Of a DNA stretch of 64,000 bases, positions 28,673-36,908 are shown piece after piece. Every line of letters starts with the position of its first letter. Within the stretch, counting starts at the first letter, position 1. Where the stretch lies: positions 2,471 to 66,470 of the forward strand of contig JBKPRE010000018.1 of assembly GCA_046734435.1 (NCBI GenBank), in the 5' to 3' direction. Below the pieces are notes generated by a model. It ran no database searches. It was given only the letters and a program-made list of their open reading frames with translations, and was not told the origin of the DNA. A program made the position numbers and the translations under genes. This stretch comes from Pseudomonadota bacterium (GTDB taxonomy: Bacteria > Pseudomonadota > Alphaproteobacteria > Rhizobiales > Xanthobacteraceae).

Positions 28673-30277
28673 TTAATACACGTCGACCTGGTAGCGGTCA
28701 TTCTTTTTCAGTTCGGCCACATAGCGCGCGGCATCCTCGGGGCTGCGTTTACCGTGCTCGGCGACGACGTCGATCAAAGCGCGTTCGACGTCTTTCGCCA
28801 TGCGCAAAGCATCGCCGCATACATATATGTGCGCACCGCGCTCAAGCCAGGCCCAAAGATCGCGTCCGTCATCGCGCATACGATTCTGGACATATATTTT
28901 CTCGTCGGCATCGCGCGACCATGCAAGCGTCAGCCGGGTGAGATGGCCCGACTTGCGCATGGCCTTGAGCTCGTCCTCATAGAAGAAATCGTAGTCGCTG
29001 CGCTGGTGGCCGAAATAGAGCCAGTTCGGGCCCGGCGCCTGGGTGGCGAGGCGCTCCTGCAGAAACGCACGGAATGGCGCGACGCCGGTGCCTGGCCCGA
29101 TCATGATGATCGGTTTGTTCGGATCGGCGGGCAATGCAAAATGCTGTGCCTTCTGCACATAGACTTGCACCTTTTGGCCCGGCTCGATGCGACCCGCGAG
29201 GAACGTCGAGGCGACTCCAAGACGGATGCGCTCGTTGATCTCGTAGCGCACCGCATCGACCGTGAGCGACACGCGACCCGCAGTCATCTTGGGCGAGGAC
29301 GAGATCGAATAGACGCGCGGCTGCAGGGGATCGAGCGCCTCGATGAAAGCCTCGGGATCGGGCCTGATCCCGTCAAATTTCTGCAAAGCCGCCAGAACGT
29401 CGAGCGTGGCGGCGTCGCCGTCCGGGTCCTGTCCGCCGGCCAGTGCCTTTGCTTTCTGCCGCCGGTCGCCCCCGGTCAGATAAGAGATGAGCTCGAACAG
29501 CATGTCGGGCGCAGGCGACAGCGACACGCTATCGGAGAGTACCTCGCGCAGCGTTCGCCCGCCGATCGGAAAATCCGGCGGTGCGCCGAGCGCGGCAATC
29601 ACCGCGTCGGCCAGTCCCGGATCATTGACCGGATAGACTCCAAGCGAGTCACCGACCTCATAGGCAAGCTCGGTGCCTTCGAGATCGATTTCGATGTGCC
29701 AAGTCTCTTTATGCGACCCGTCCTTGTTGAGGCGGTGGCGCTGCGCGAGCGTCGCGACGACCGGATTGTCGCGCGAATAGCCGAGCTTCGCCGCCGGCGC
29801 AGGCGCCGTCTTTTCGGCCGACGGCGTGCCGGCGGGCGTGTCCAGCTCGCGAAACAGCTCCTTGAGCATGCGCGCGGTCTCCTTGCCGCCCGGCACGCAC
29901 AGGTTCAGCCGCTCTTCTGTCCTGGCAAAGATCGCCGCCGAATAATCCTTGCAGTTATAGCCGCACTGCCCGCAGTCCTGCTGCGCCATCGCCGCCATCA
30001 TGCGGCGCGGCAGTGACTTGCCCTCGGCCAACTTCATACGATCGACGAGCGGCATCGCCGGATCGTGCCAGGGAGCCCCGTCATCGATTTCGACGGATGG
30101 TGCGAGCGCAACCCCGGGCACGAGCTGCGCGACCTCCTGCGCTGTCAGCGGCGTCACGCCTTCCGTCAAACCGTAGAGTCCCGCGAACAGGCCGTTGAGC
30201 CAGGCGCGCTGCTCCGGCGAAAACGGTGCGTTATCGGGCAGGAATGACGGAATCGGCGGGCGTGGCGTGATGCTCAT
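28673..30277 (-). CDS. CysJ-like FAD/NADPH flavoprotein with an N-terminal Fe-S domain in place of flavodoxin
   Basis: QQDCGQCGYNC...CVPG, then RVYSISSS, GVASTFL, MIGPGTGVAPFR, YVCGDA, RYQVDVY; no flavodoxin SESGN motif. Confidence 0.85.
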   Translation of the reverse strand: MSITPRPPIPSFLPDNAPFSPEQRAWLNGLFAGLYGLTEGVTPLTAQEVAQLVPGVALAPSVEIDDGAPWHDPAMPLVDRMKLAEGKSLPRRMMAAMAQQDCGQCGYNCKDYSAAIFARTEERLNLCVPGGKETARMLKELFRELDTPAGTPSAEKTAPAPAAKLGYSRDNPVVATLAQRHRLNKDGSHKETWHIEIDLEGTELAYEVGDSLGVYPVNDPGLADAVIAALGAPPDFPIGGRTLREVLSDSVSLSPAPDMLFELISYLTGGDRRQKAKALAGGQDPDGDAATLDVLAALQKFDGIRPDPEAFIEALDPLQPRVYSISSSPKMTAGRVSLTVDAVRYEINERIRLGVASTFLAGRIEPGQKVQVYVQKAQHFALPADPNKPIIMIGPGTGVAPFRAFLQERLATQAPGPNWLYFGHQRSDYDFFYEDELKAMRKSGHLTRLTLAWSRDADEKIYVQNRMRDDGRDLWAWLERGAHIYVCGDALRMAKDVERALIDVVAEHGKRSPEDAARYVAELKKNDRYQVDVY

Positions 30278-32091
30278 GCAGCCTCCGCAGCAAATGCCTT
30301 GAGCGCATCGATCTCGTGCCGGCGCGCGAAGTCGATGAAGCTTTCCTGTGGCGACGCGCGATGCGCGAGATAGGTCCTTAGGATCCGCTCGACGGTCTGC
30401 GGCGCGTCCTCAGCCTTGACGTCGCGGTAGAGTTCGCGCCCGAGCGCAGCATCAGGCCCGAAACCGCCGCCGACCAGCACGTGATAGCCCTCGACCGGGT
30501 CGGCATTCTCGTTGGCCTGCACCTTGCAGGCCAGCAGGCCGATTTCCGCCACGAAATGCTGCGCACAGGAGTGATGACAGCCGGTGAGATGGATATTGAC
30601 CGGCGTATCGAGCGCAACGCGCGTCTCGCACCAGCTGGCGATCTCCTCGGCATGGCGCTTGGTGTTGGAGGCGGCAAATTTGCAGCCAGTATTGCCGGTG
30701 CAGGCGACGAGACCGGAGCGCAGCGCATTTGTTTCGATCGCCAGGCCCAGCACTTCGAGGCGCCTACGCGCCTCTGGCACTTTCGCGGAGTGGACGCCTG
30801 AAATCAGAAGATTCTGCCAGACTGTGAGGCGAATATCGCCGTCGCCAAATTCGTGTGCGATATCGGCGAGCCCGCGCATTTGCGCAACGCTGAGATAGCC
30901 GACCGGCACAACGACACCGATCCAGTGCAATCCTTCCTGTTTTTGCGCGTGAATGCCGATATGGGCGGTCCGCGAGAACGGCGGCCGCGGCGCCAGCGCG
31001 CCGGGCACCGCGCGGTCGAGCTTGCGCCCGAGCTTCTCCTCGACGAGCACGAGAAACTTCTCGACCCCCATCTTGTCGAGCACGTATTTGAGCCGCGCCT
31101 TGGTGCGGTCGGTGCGGTCGCCATGGTCGATGAAGACGCGCACCACCGCGTCAGCTACCAACGTCGCGTCCGCAGGACGGACTATGACGCCGGTGTCGCC
31201 GGCGAAGCTGCGATGTCCTGTCAGACCGCCGAGGCACAGACGGAACCAGACACCGGCCTCAAGCCCGAAGCCTTCGTTGACCTGCACCGCCTGGAAGCCG
31301 ATGTCGTTGGTGTCTTCCAGCACGGGGATCACGCCCCCGCCGTCAAATCCGACATTGAACTTGCGCGGCAGGCCATAGAGCGAGCGGTCGTTGAGAATGT
31401 GGAAATGCCATTCGCGAGCATAAGGCCGCGTATCGATTAATTCCTGAGGATCGATGCCGGCCGTCGGGGTGCCGGTGACGTTGCGGATATTGTCGGCGCC
31501 GGAGCCGCGCGAGCACAGGCCGAGGTCCTGCACCGCTTCGATCATGGCGACGGAATTTTTCGCCTCGATCTCGCGGATCTGGATATTCGCACGCGTCGTG
31601 ACATGCGCGTAGCCGCCGCCATAACGTTCGGCGAGATCGGCGAGCCCCGCAAACTGTGCGGCCTTCAGAATACCGTTCGGTAATCTCAAACGGCACATGT
31701 AAGAATTTTGGTTCGGCGCAACGTAGAACAGCCCGAAGTAGCGCCAGCGGAAATTATCCGGAGGCTTCGGATATTCGTTTCTCGCGGCGTGCGCTTTCAG
31801 CCGCTCGTAAGTATCGAAAGGGTGTTCGTCACGCTTGAATTTTTCCGGATCGGACAGCTTGCCGCCTGTTGCAATGACTTGATCTTGCGCTTTGCACGCG
31901 GCGGCCTCCGGCCCGATCGCCTCGGTGGACGCCGTCGACGCATTGGCGGCGGGCGCGGCGATTCCTTTCGCCGTCTTGGCGATCTGCAGGCCTGCGACGA
32001 AGCCTTCGAGATATCGTTTTTGTTCGGGCTCGAAGTCGCCGGACGTGGTTTCGCCCGACGGCTTCAGCGTAGTCCCGGCTTCGGTCGTCAT
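30274..32091 (-). CDS. nirA: NirA family siroheme nitrite reductase
   Basis: WRYFGLF, DNIRNV, LPRKFNV, ACTGNTGC, HLTGCHHSC; nitrite specificity inferred from the sigma54/FNT context. Confidence 0.8.
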   Translation of the reverse strand: MTTEAGTTLKPSGETTSGDFEPEQKRYLEGFVAGLQIAKTAKGIAAPAANASTASTEAIGPEAAACKAQDQVIATGGKLSDPEKFKRDEHPFDTYERLKAHAARNEYPKPPDNFRWRYFGLFYVAPNQNSYMCRLRLPNGILKAAQFAGLADLAERYGGGYAHVTTRANIQIREIEAKNSVAMIEAVQDLGLCSRGSGADNIRNVTGTPTAGIDPQELIDTRPYAREWHFHILNDRSLYGLPRKFNVGFDGGGVIPVLEDTNDIGFQAVQVNEGFGLEAGVWFRLCLGGLTGHRSFAGDTGVIVRPADATLVADAVVRVFIDHGDRTDRTKARLKYVLDKMGVEKFLVLVEEKLGRKLDRAVPGALAPRPPFSRTAHIGIHAQKQEGLHWIGVVVPVGYLSVAQMRGLADIAHEFGDGDIRLTVWQNLLISGVHSAKVPEARRRLEVLGLAIETNALRSGLVACTGNTGCKFAASNTKRHAEEIASWCETRVALDTPVNIHLTGCHHSCAQHFVAEIGLLACKVQANENADPVEGYHVLVGGGFGPDAALGRELYRDVKAEDAPQTVERILRTYLAHRASPQESFIDFARRHEIDALKAFAAEAA

Positions 32092-32119
32092 TCGCGCAAC
32101 AATCCTTTGCTGTTATCTG

Positions 32120-32135
32120 AGCAATGACCGTGCCA
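32120..32135 (-). promoter_or_regulatory. Sigma54 -24/-12 promoter for nirA-flavoprotein-cysG
   Basis: Reverse complement reads TGGCAC-GGTCA-TTGCT, 29 nt upstream of the nirA ATG. Confidence 0.85.
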
Positions 32136-32353
32136 GACCATAAACAACTGAAATCAAATGATATTTTCGCAATGCGCGATCCCGTTGCTCGCTAATTAGC
32201 CCGCTGCCGGCGAAATTTTGTGCAGTGCAACGCAAGTAGGCAGACGATCGCGCGCGCACGGACCGACACGCCATCAGCGTGAGAACGCGGCACGACCCAT
32301 CTTCCGCGGTGAAAGCAGCGAACTGGCGCGACAACGCGCGGTCATCCGGCAGT

Positions 32354-32369
32354 TGGCATGTCAATTGCT
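32354..32369 (+). promoter_or_regulatory. Sigma54 -24/-12 promoter for FNT-kinase
   Basis: TGGCAT-GTCAA-TTGCT upstream of the AAGGAG RBS. Confidence 0.8.
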
Positions 32370-32416
32370 CAATGGCGGTTGAGAACACTGCAACCGACAA
32401 CAAGGAGAGCGCTCCC

Positions 32417-33244
32417 GTGTCCTATCTCGTTCCTTCAGAATTCGTCACCAAGATGATCGACGCCGGAGAGTCAAAAATCTTCATGTCGACCAGAGACACG
32501 CTCGTGCGCGCCTATATGGCCGGCGCAATTCTCGCATTGGCGGCCTGGTTCGCCATCACGATCAACGTCAATACCGGTCAGCCGCTCGTTGGCGCCCTTT
32601 TGTTTCCGGTCGGATTTTCCATGCTGATCTTGCTGGGCTTCGATCTGCTGACGGGCGTGTTCGTTCTCTGTCCTCTCGCGTGGCTCGACAAACGGCCGGG
32701 CGTCACGATCGCAGGTGTACTTAGAAACTGGGGCCTGGTTTTTGTCGGCAACTTTGCCGGCGCTCTTACGACGGCGTTTTTGATGGCATTCGTGACAACC
32801 TACGGCTTCACGCAGGCGCCCGACAAAGTCGGCACCGTCATCTCAAACATCGGCGAAGCCCGGACTCTCGGTTATGCGGCGCACGGAGCAGCCGGCATGG
32901 CGACATTGTTCCTGCGTGGTGCGCTGTGCAACTGGATGGTCTCATTGGGCGTGGTCGGCGCCATGATCTCCACGACGGTCCCCGGAAAGGTGCTCGCGAT
33001 GTGGATGCCGATCCTGGTCTTCTTCTACATGGTCTTCGAGCATTCCGTCGTGAACATGTTCCTGTTCCCGTCGGGCCTGATGCTGCACGCGCCCTTCTCG
33101 ATCGCGGACTATTTCATCTGGAACGAGATTCCAACCGTGCTCGGCAATCTGGTCGGCGGCCTCTCCTTCACCGGCCTGACCCTGTATGCCACTCATGTGC
33201 GGACGGCGCCCAAGCGCACCGCCGCGCTCAAGCGCGTCGCGTGA
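32417..33244 (+). CDS. Formate/nitrite transporter family protein (NirC-like)
   Basis: LFPVGF...GFDLLTG, NFAG, GALCNWMV, FEHSVVNM, TVLGNLVGG; GTG start after RBS. Confidence 0.9.
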   Translation: MSYLVPSEFVTKMIDAGESKIFMSTRDTLVRAYMAGAILALAAWFAITINVNTGQPLVGALLFPVGFSMLILLGFDLLTGVFVLCPLAWLDKRPGVTIAGVLRNWGLVFVGNFAGALTTAFLMAFVTTYGFTQAPDKVGTVISNIGEARTLGYAAHGAAGMATLFLRGALCNWMVSLGVVGAMISTTVPGKVLAMWMPILVFFYMVFEHSVVNMFLFPSGLMLHAPFSIADYFIWNEIPTVLGNLVGGLSFTGLTLYATHVRTAPKRTAALKRVA

Positions 33245-33306
33245 TGCAATTTGCTATGGTGGAGCCTCAGCCCGAAAGGGTTGAGGCTCTTTTCTTTGAT
33301 CGGCCG

Positions 33307-35046
33307 ATGCCAAGCCAGCTCGCAATATCGATCGGACAGCGCTCCGACAAAGGCCGGAAGGAGGTCAATCAGGATTTTCATGGCGCGTTGATTCCGGACG
33401 AGCCGCTGCTGAGCCTGAAGGGCATCGCCGTTGTCCTGGCCGACGGGATCAGCACCAGCGAGGTCAGCGCGATCGCGAGTGAATCGGCCGTCAAAAGCTT
33501 CCTGACGGACTATTACTGCACCTCGGATTCATGGTCCGTCAAAACATCGGCGCAGCGCGTCATTGCCGCGACGAATTCCTGGCTGCACGCGCAAACACGG
33601 CAAAGCCAGTATCTCTACGACAGGGACCGCGGCTACGTGTGCACGCTCAGCGCCATGGTCATCAGGTCGACCACGGCGCATATTTTCCATATCGGCGATG
33701 CCCGCATCTATCGGGTCGTCGGACGCGGGCTGGAACAACTGACCGCGGATCACCGCGTCGTTGTTTCGTCCCAGCAGAGCTATCTCGGGCGCGCCCTGGG
33801 CATCAATCCGCAGGTCGAGATCGACTACCGGGCTCTCGCGATCGAAAAGGGCGACCTTTTTCTGCTGGCGACCGACGGCGTTTACGAGCATGTCGGCAGC
33901 CGCTTTGTCGCCGATAAAATCGCCGGCCACGCGAACGACCTGGATCGCGCCGCGGCGGCGATCATCGAGGGGGCCAAGCGCCGCGGCAGCTCCGACAACC
34001 TGACCGTCCAGATCGTCAGGATCGACGCGCTGCCGGACAGCGAGAGCGGCGAAATCGTCAGGCAGGCGTCCGAACTTCCCTGCCCGCCTCTGCCCGAGGC
34101 AAGGACCGTATTGGACGGATACCAGATCGTCCGGGAGATCCATGGCAGCAGCCGCAGCCACATCTATCTGGCGGTCGACAGCGCCGATAACGCGCTCGTT
34201 GCCCTCAAGATTCCGTCGATCGACCTGCGCGGTGACCCGGCCTACCTGCAACGTTTCATGATGGAGGAGTGGGTGGCCCGGCGCGTCAACAGCGCCCACG
34301 TGCTGAAGCCGCGCATGCAGTCGAGACGACAGAACTACCTGTACGTCGTGACGGAATTTGTCGACGGACAAACCTTGACCCAATGGATGATCGACAATCC
34401 AAAGCCGGACCTGGAAACGGCGCGCGGTATTGTCGAGCAGATCGCCAAGGGCCTGCAGGCCTTCCACCGGCTCGAAATGCTGCACCAGGACCTGCGGCCC
34501 GACAACATCATGATCGACAGGACCGGCACCGTGAAAATCATCGATTTCGGCTCGGTGCGGATTGCTGGCATCACCGACGACGCAGACGACGATATTCCCG
34601 GCCAGATTTTGGGGACGGCGCAGTACACCGCGCCCGAGTATTTCCTCGGCGAGGGCGGATCGCAGCGCTCCGATATCTTCTCGCTGGGAGTCATCGCCTA
34701 CCAGATGCTGACCGGGCGGCTCCCTTACGGCGCAGAGGTGGCAAGGACGCGGACGAAAGCCCAGCAAAAAAAATTAAGATACATATCGCTACTGAACGAC
34801 ACCCGAGACATTCCCGCCTGGGTCGATGGGGCCTTGCGGAAAGCTTTGCACCCCGATCCGTACCAGCGTTACGACGAACTGTCCGAATTTGTCTTCGATC
34901 TGCGACACCCTAACAAGAAATTCCTCGCCACGGCGGCAAAGCCGCTCATCGAGCGCGATCCGCTACTGTTCTGGAAATCCCTGTCCGCGATCTTGTTTGG
35001 GGCTCTTATGCTCGCCCTGGCCGCGCTCGTCCTCGGCAAGCACTAG
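33307..35046 (+). CDS. Bifunctional PP2C-type phosphatase / Ser-Thr protein kinase with C-terminal TM
   Basis: VLADGIS, ATDGV, SDNLT (PP2C); VALK, HQDLRPDN, DFG, GTAQYTAPE (kinase); alternative start at 33244. Confidence 0.88.
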   Translation: MPSQLAISIGQRSDKGRKEVNQDFHGALIPDEPLLSLKGIAVVLADGISTSEVSAIASESAVKSFLTDYYCTSDSWSVKTSAQRVIAATNSWLHAQTRQSQYLYDRDRGYVCTLSAMVIRSTTAHIFHIGDARIYRVVGRGLEQLTADHRVVVSSQQSYLGRALGINPQVEIDYRALAIEKGDLFLLATDGVYEHVGSRFVADKIAGHANDLDRAAAAIIEGAKRRGSSDNLTVQIVRIDALPDSESGEIVRQASELPCPPLPEARTVLDGYQIVREIHGSSRSHIYLAVDSADNALVALKIPSIDLRGDPAYLQRFMMEEWVARRVNSAHVLKPRMQSRRQNYLYVVTEFVDGQTLTQWMIDNPKPDLETARGIVEQIAKGLQAFHRLEMLHQDLRPDNIMIDRTGTVKIIDFGSVRIAGITDDADDDIPGQILGTAQYTAPEYFLGEGGSQRSDIFSLGVIAYQMLTGRLPYGAEVARTRTKAQQKKLRYISLLNDTRDIPAWVDGALRKALHPDPYQRYDELSEFVFDLRHPNKKFLATAAKPLIERDPLLFWKSLSAILFGALMLALAALVLGKH

Positions 35047-35063
35047 GCCAGACCGCAAGCAAT

Positions 35064-36776
35064 TTATCTCGGCTTATAGGCCCGCACATTGGCGTGGAAG
35101 TCGGCGCCGTTGCCGCTCGCGGCGATGTGGCCCGCGCGGATGACGAAATCGCCGAAGTGTTCGCCTTTCTGCCGTCCGCTGACGTAAGCCGCAAACAACA
35201 GGTCGAGCGCGGCGACGATGCCGGCATGATCGAGATCTTCGGCGTAGAGCTTGTTCATGCGCGAGCCGTCGAAAGCCGCGCCGAGATAAAGGTTGTAGCG
35301 CCCCGGCCCCTTGCCGACCAGGCCGATCTCGGCGAGATAAGGCCGCGCGCAGCCGTTCGGGCAACCCGTCATGCGGATGACGATGTCGTCGGCCGACAGC
35401 CCGTGCGCGGCCAGCTTCTGGTCGAGCGCGTCGAGCAGCTCCGGCAGGTAACGCTCGCTTTCCGCCAGCGCGAGGCCGCAGGTCGGCAGCGCGACGCAGG
35501 CCATCGAGTTGCGCCGCATGCCCGACCAGGGCGCGAGCAGGCCCGCCTCACGCGCGATACGCTCAATTTCGGCCTGCTTCTCGGTCGGCACGTTGGAAAT
35601 GATCAGGTTTTGGTTCGGTGTGATGCGGAATTCGCCATCGTGCATTTGCGCAATGGTGCGCAGCGCGCTCTGCTGCGCAGCGCCGGCGACATCGTGCACG
35701 CGCCCGTTCTGCACGAACAAAGTGAGATGGCCGCTCCCATCCATCCCTTCGGTCCAGCCGTAGCGATCACCGGTCGAGGTGAACACGTAGGGCTTTGCCG
35801 GCGCGAGCGTGACGCCCGAGCGCTTCTCGACCTCGGCGCGGAACGCGTCGAGCCCGCGGTCCTCGATCGTATATTTGAGGCGGGCGTGCTTGCGGTTCTT
35901 GCGGTCGCCCCAGTCGCGCTGCACGGTGACCACCGCCTCGGAGACTTTGAGAACGTCTTCGGTGCGGCAGAAGCCCATGACCTCGGCGATGCGCGGATAG
36001 GTGTCGGGCTCGCCATGGGTCATGCCCATACCGCCGCCGACGGTCACGTTCCAGCCGGCGATGTTGCCGGCATCATCCGTGATCGCGATGTAGCCGAGGT
36101 CGTGCGCGAAGATATCGACGTCGTTCGATGGCGGCACTGCCACCACCACCTTGAATTTACGCGGCAGATAGGTCTTGCCGTAGATCGGCTCGACCACCTC
36201 TCCCTCGCCGCCCGCGATGCGCTCGCCGTCGAGCCAGATCTCGCGATAGGCCGGCGTGTGCGGCAGCAGATGGTCGGAGATCGCGCGCGCCAGCGCGAGC
36301 GCTTCCGCGTGGGCACGCGACTGCTCCGGCAACACGTTGCACATGACGTTGCGGTTGATGTCGCCGCAGGCCGCGATCGAGTTGAGCAACACCGTGTCGA
36401 TCGACTTCAGCGTCGCCTTCAGGTTCGACTTGATGACGCCGTGCAGCTGCACCGTCTGCCGCGTGGTGAGCCGCATCGTGCCGTTGCCGTAATCGCGGGC
36501 GACCTTGTCGAGCGTAAGCCACTGCTGCGGCGTCAGCACCCCGCCCGGAATGCGCACGCGGATCATGAAGGCAAAGGCCTTCTCCATCTTCTTGCGGGTG
36601 CGCTCGGGCCGCAGGTCGCGGTCGTCCTGCAGATACATGCCGTGAAACTTCACCAGCTGCGCGTCGTCCTCGATGATGGCGCCGGTGACCTCCTCGCGCA
36701 GGCCCTGCTCGAGCGTGCCGCGCAGATAGTCGCTCGCTTCCTTGATGCGCTCGTTGCGCGACAATTCGTCGGTCAT
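35064..36776 (-). CDS. cysI: Assimilatory sulfite reductase hemoprotein
   Basis: KFHGMYLQDDRD, TYLPRKFK, ACVALPTCGLALAESER, MTGCPNGCARP. Confidence 0.93.
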   Translation of the reverse strand: MTDELSRNERIKEASDYLRGTLEQGLREEVTGAIIEDDAQLVKFHGMYLQDDRDLRPERTRKKMEKAFAFMIRVRIPGGVLTPQQWLTLDKVARDYGNGTMRLTTRQTVQLHGVIKSNLKATLKSIDTVLLNSIAACGDINRNVMCNVLPEQSRAHAEALALARAISDHLLPHTPAYREIWLDGERIAGGEGEVVEPIYGKTYLPRKFKVVVAVPPSNDVDIFAHDLGYIAITDDAGNIAGWNVTVGGGMGMTHGEPDTYPRIAEVMGFCRTEDVLKVSEAVVTVQRDWGDRKNRKHARLKYTIEDRGLDAFRAEVEKRSGVTLAPAKPYVFTSTGDRYGWTEGMDGSGHLTLFVQNGRVHDVAGAAQQSALRTIAQMHDGEFRITPNQNLIISNVPTEKQAEIERIAREAGLLAPWSGMRRNSMACVALPTCGLALAESERYLPELLDALDQKLAAHGLSADDIVIRMTGCPNGCARPYLAEIGLVGKGPGRYNLYLGAAFDGSRMNKLYAEDLDHAGIVAALDLLFAAYVSGRQKGEHFGDFVIRAGHIAASGNGADFHANVRAYKPR

Positions 36777-36787
36777 TGCTTTACCTT

Positions 36788-36900
36788 GTCATTCCGGCCG
36801 AGGCCGCGGAACGGTTGAGAGCCGGAATCCAGACCCACAAAAGGCATTGAGATGGTTCTGGATTCCAGGTTCGCGCCTAATCGGCGCGCCCCGGAATGAC
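36788..36900. repeat. REP-like inverted pair, GTCATTCCGG...CCGGAATGAC type
   Basis: GTCATTCCGG...CCGGAATCCA ... TGGATTCCAGG...CCGGAATGAC between cysJ and cysI. Confidence 0.85.
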
Positions 36901-36908
36901 ACTCCTGA

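Noticed and set aside
32140-32340. NtrC binding sites or an ANTAR hairpin pair in the nitrite divergon
   Set aside because: Only partial GTGCA/TGCA matches and one weak AGCAAAGG loop were seen; not enough to call.
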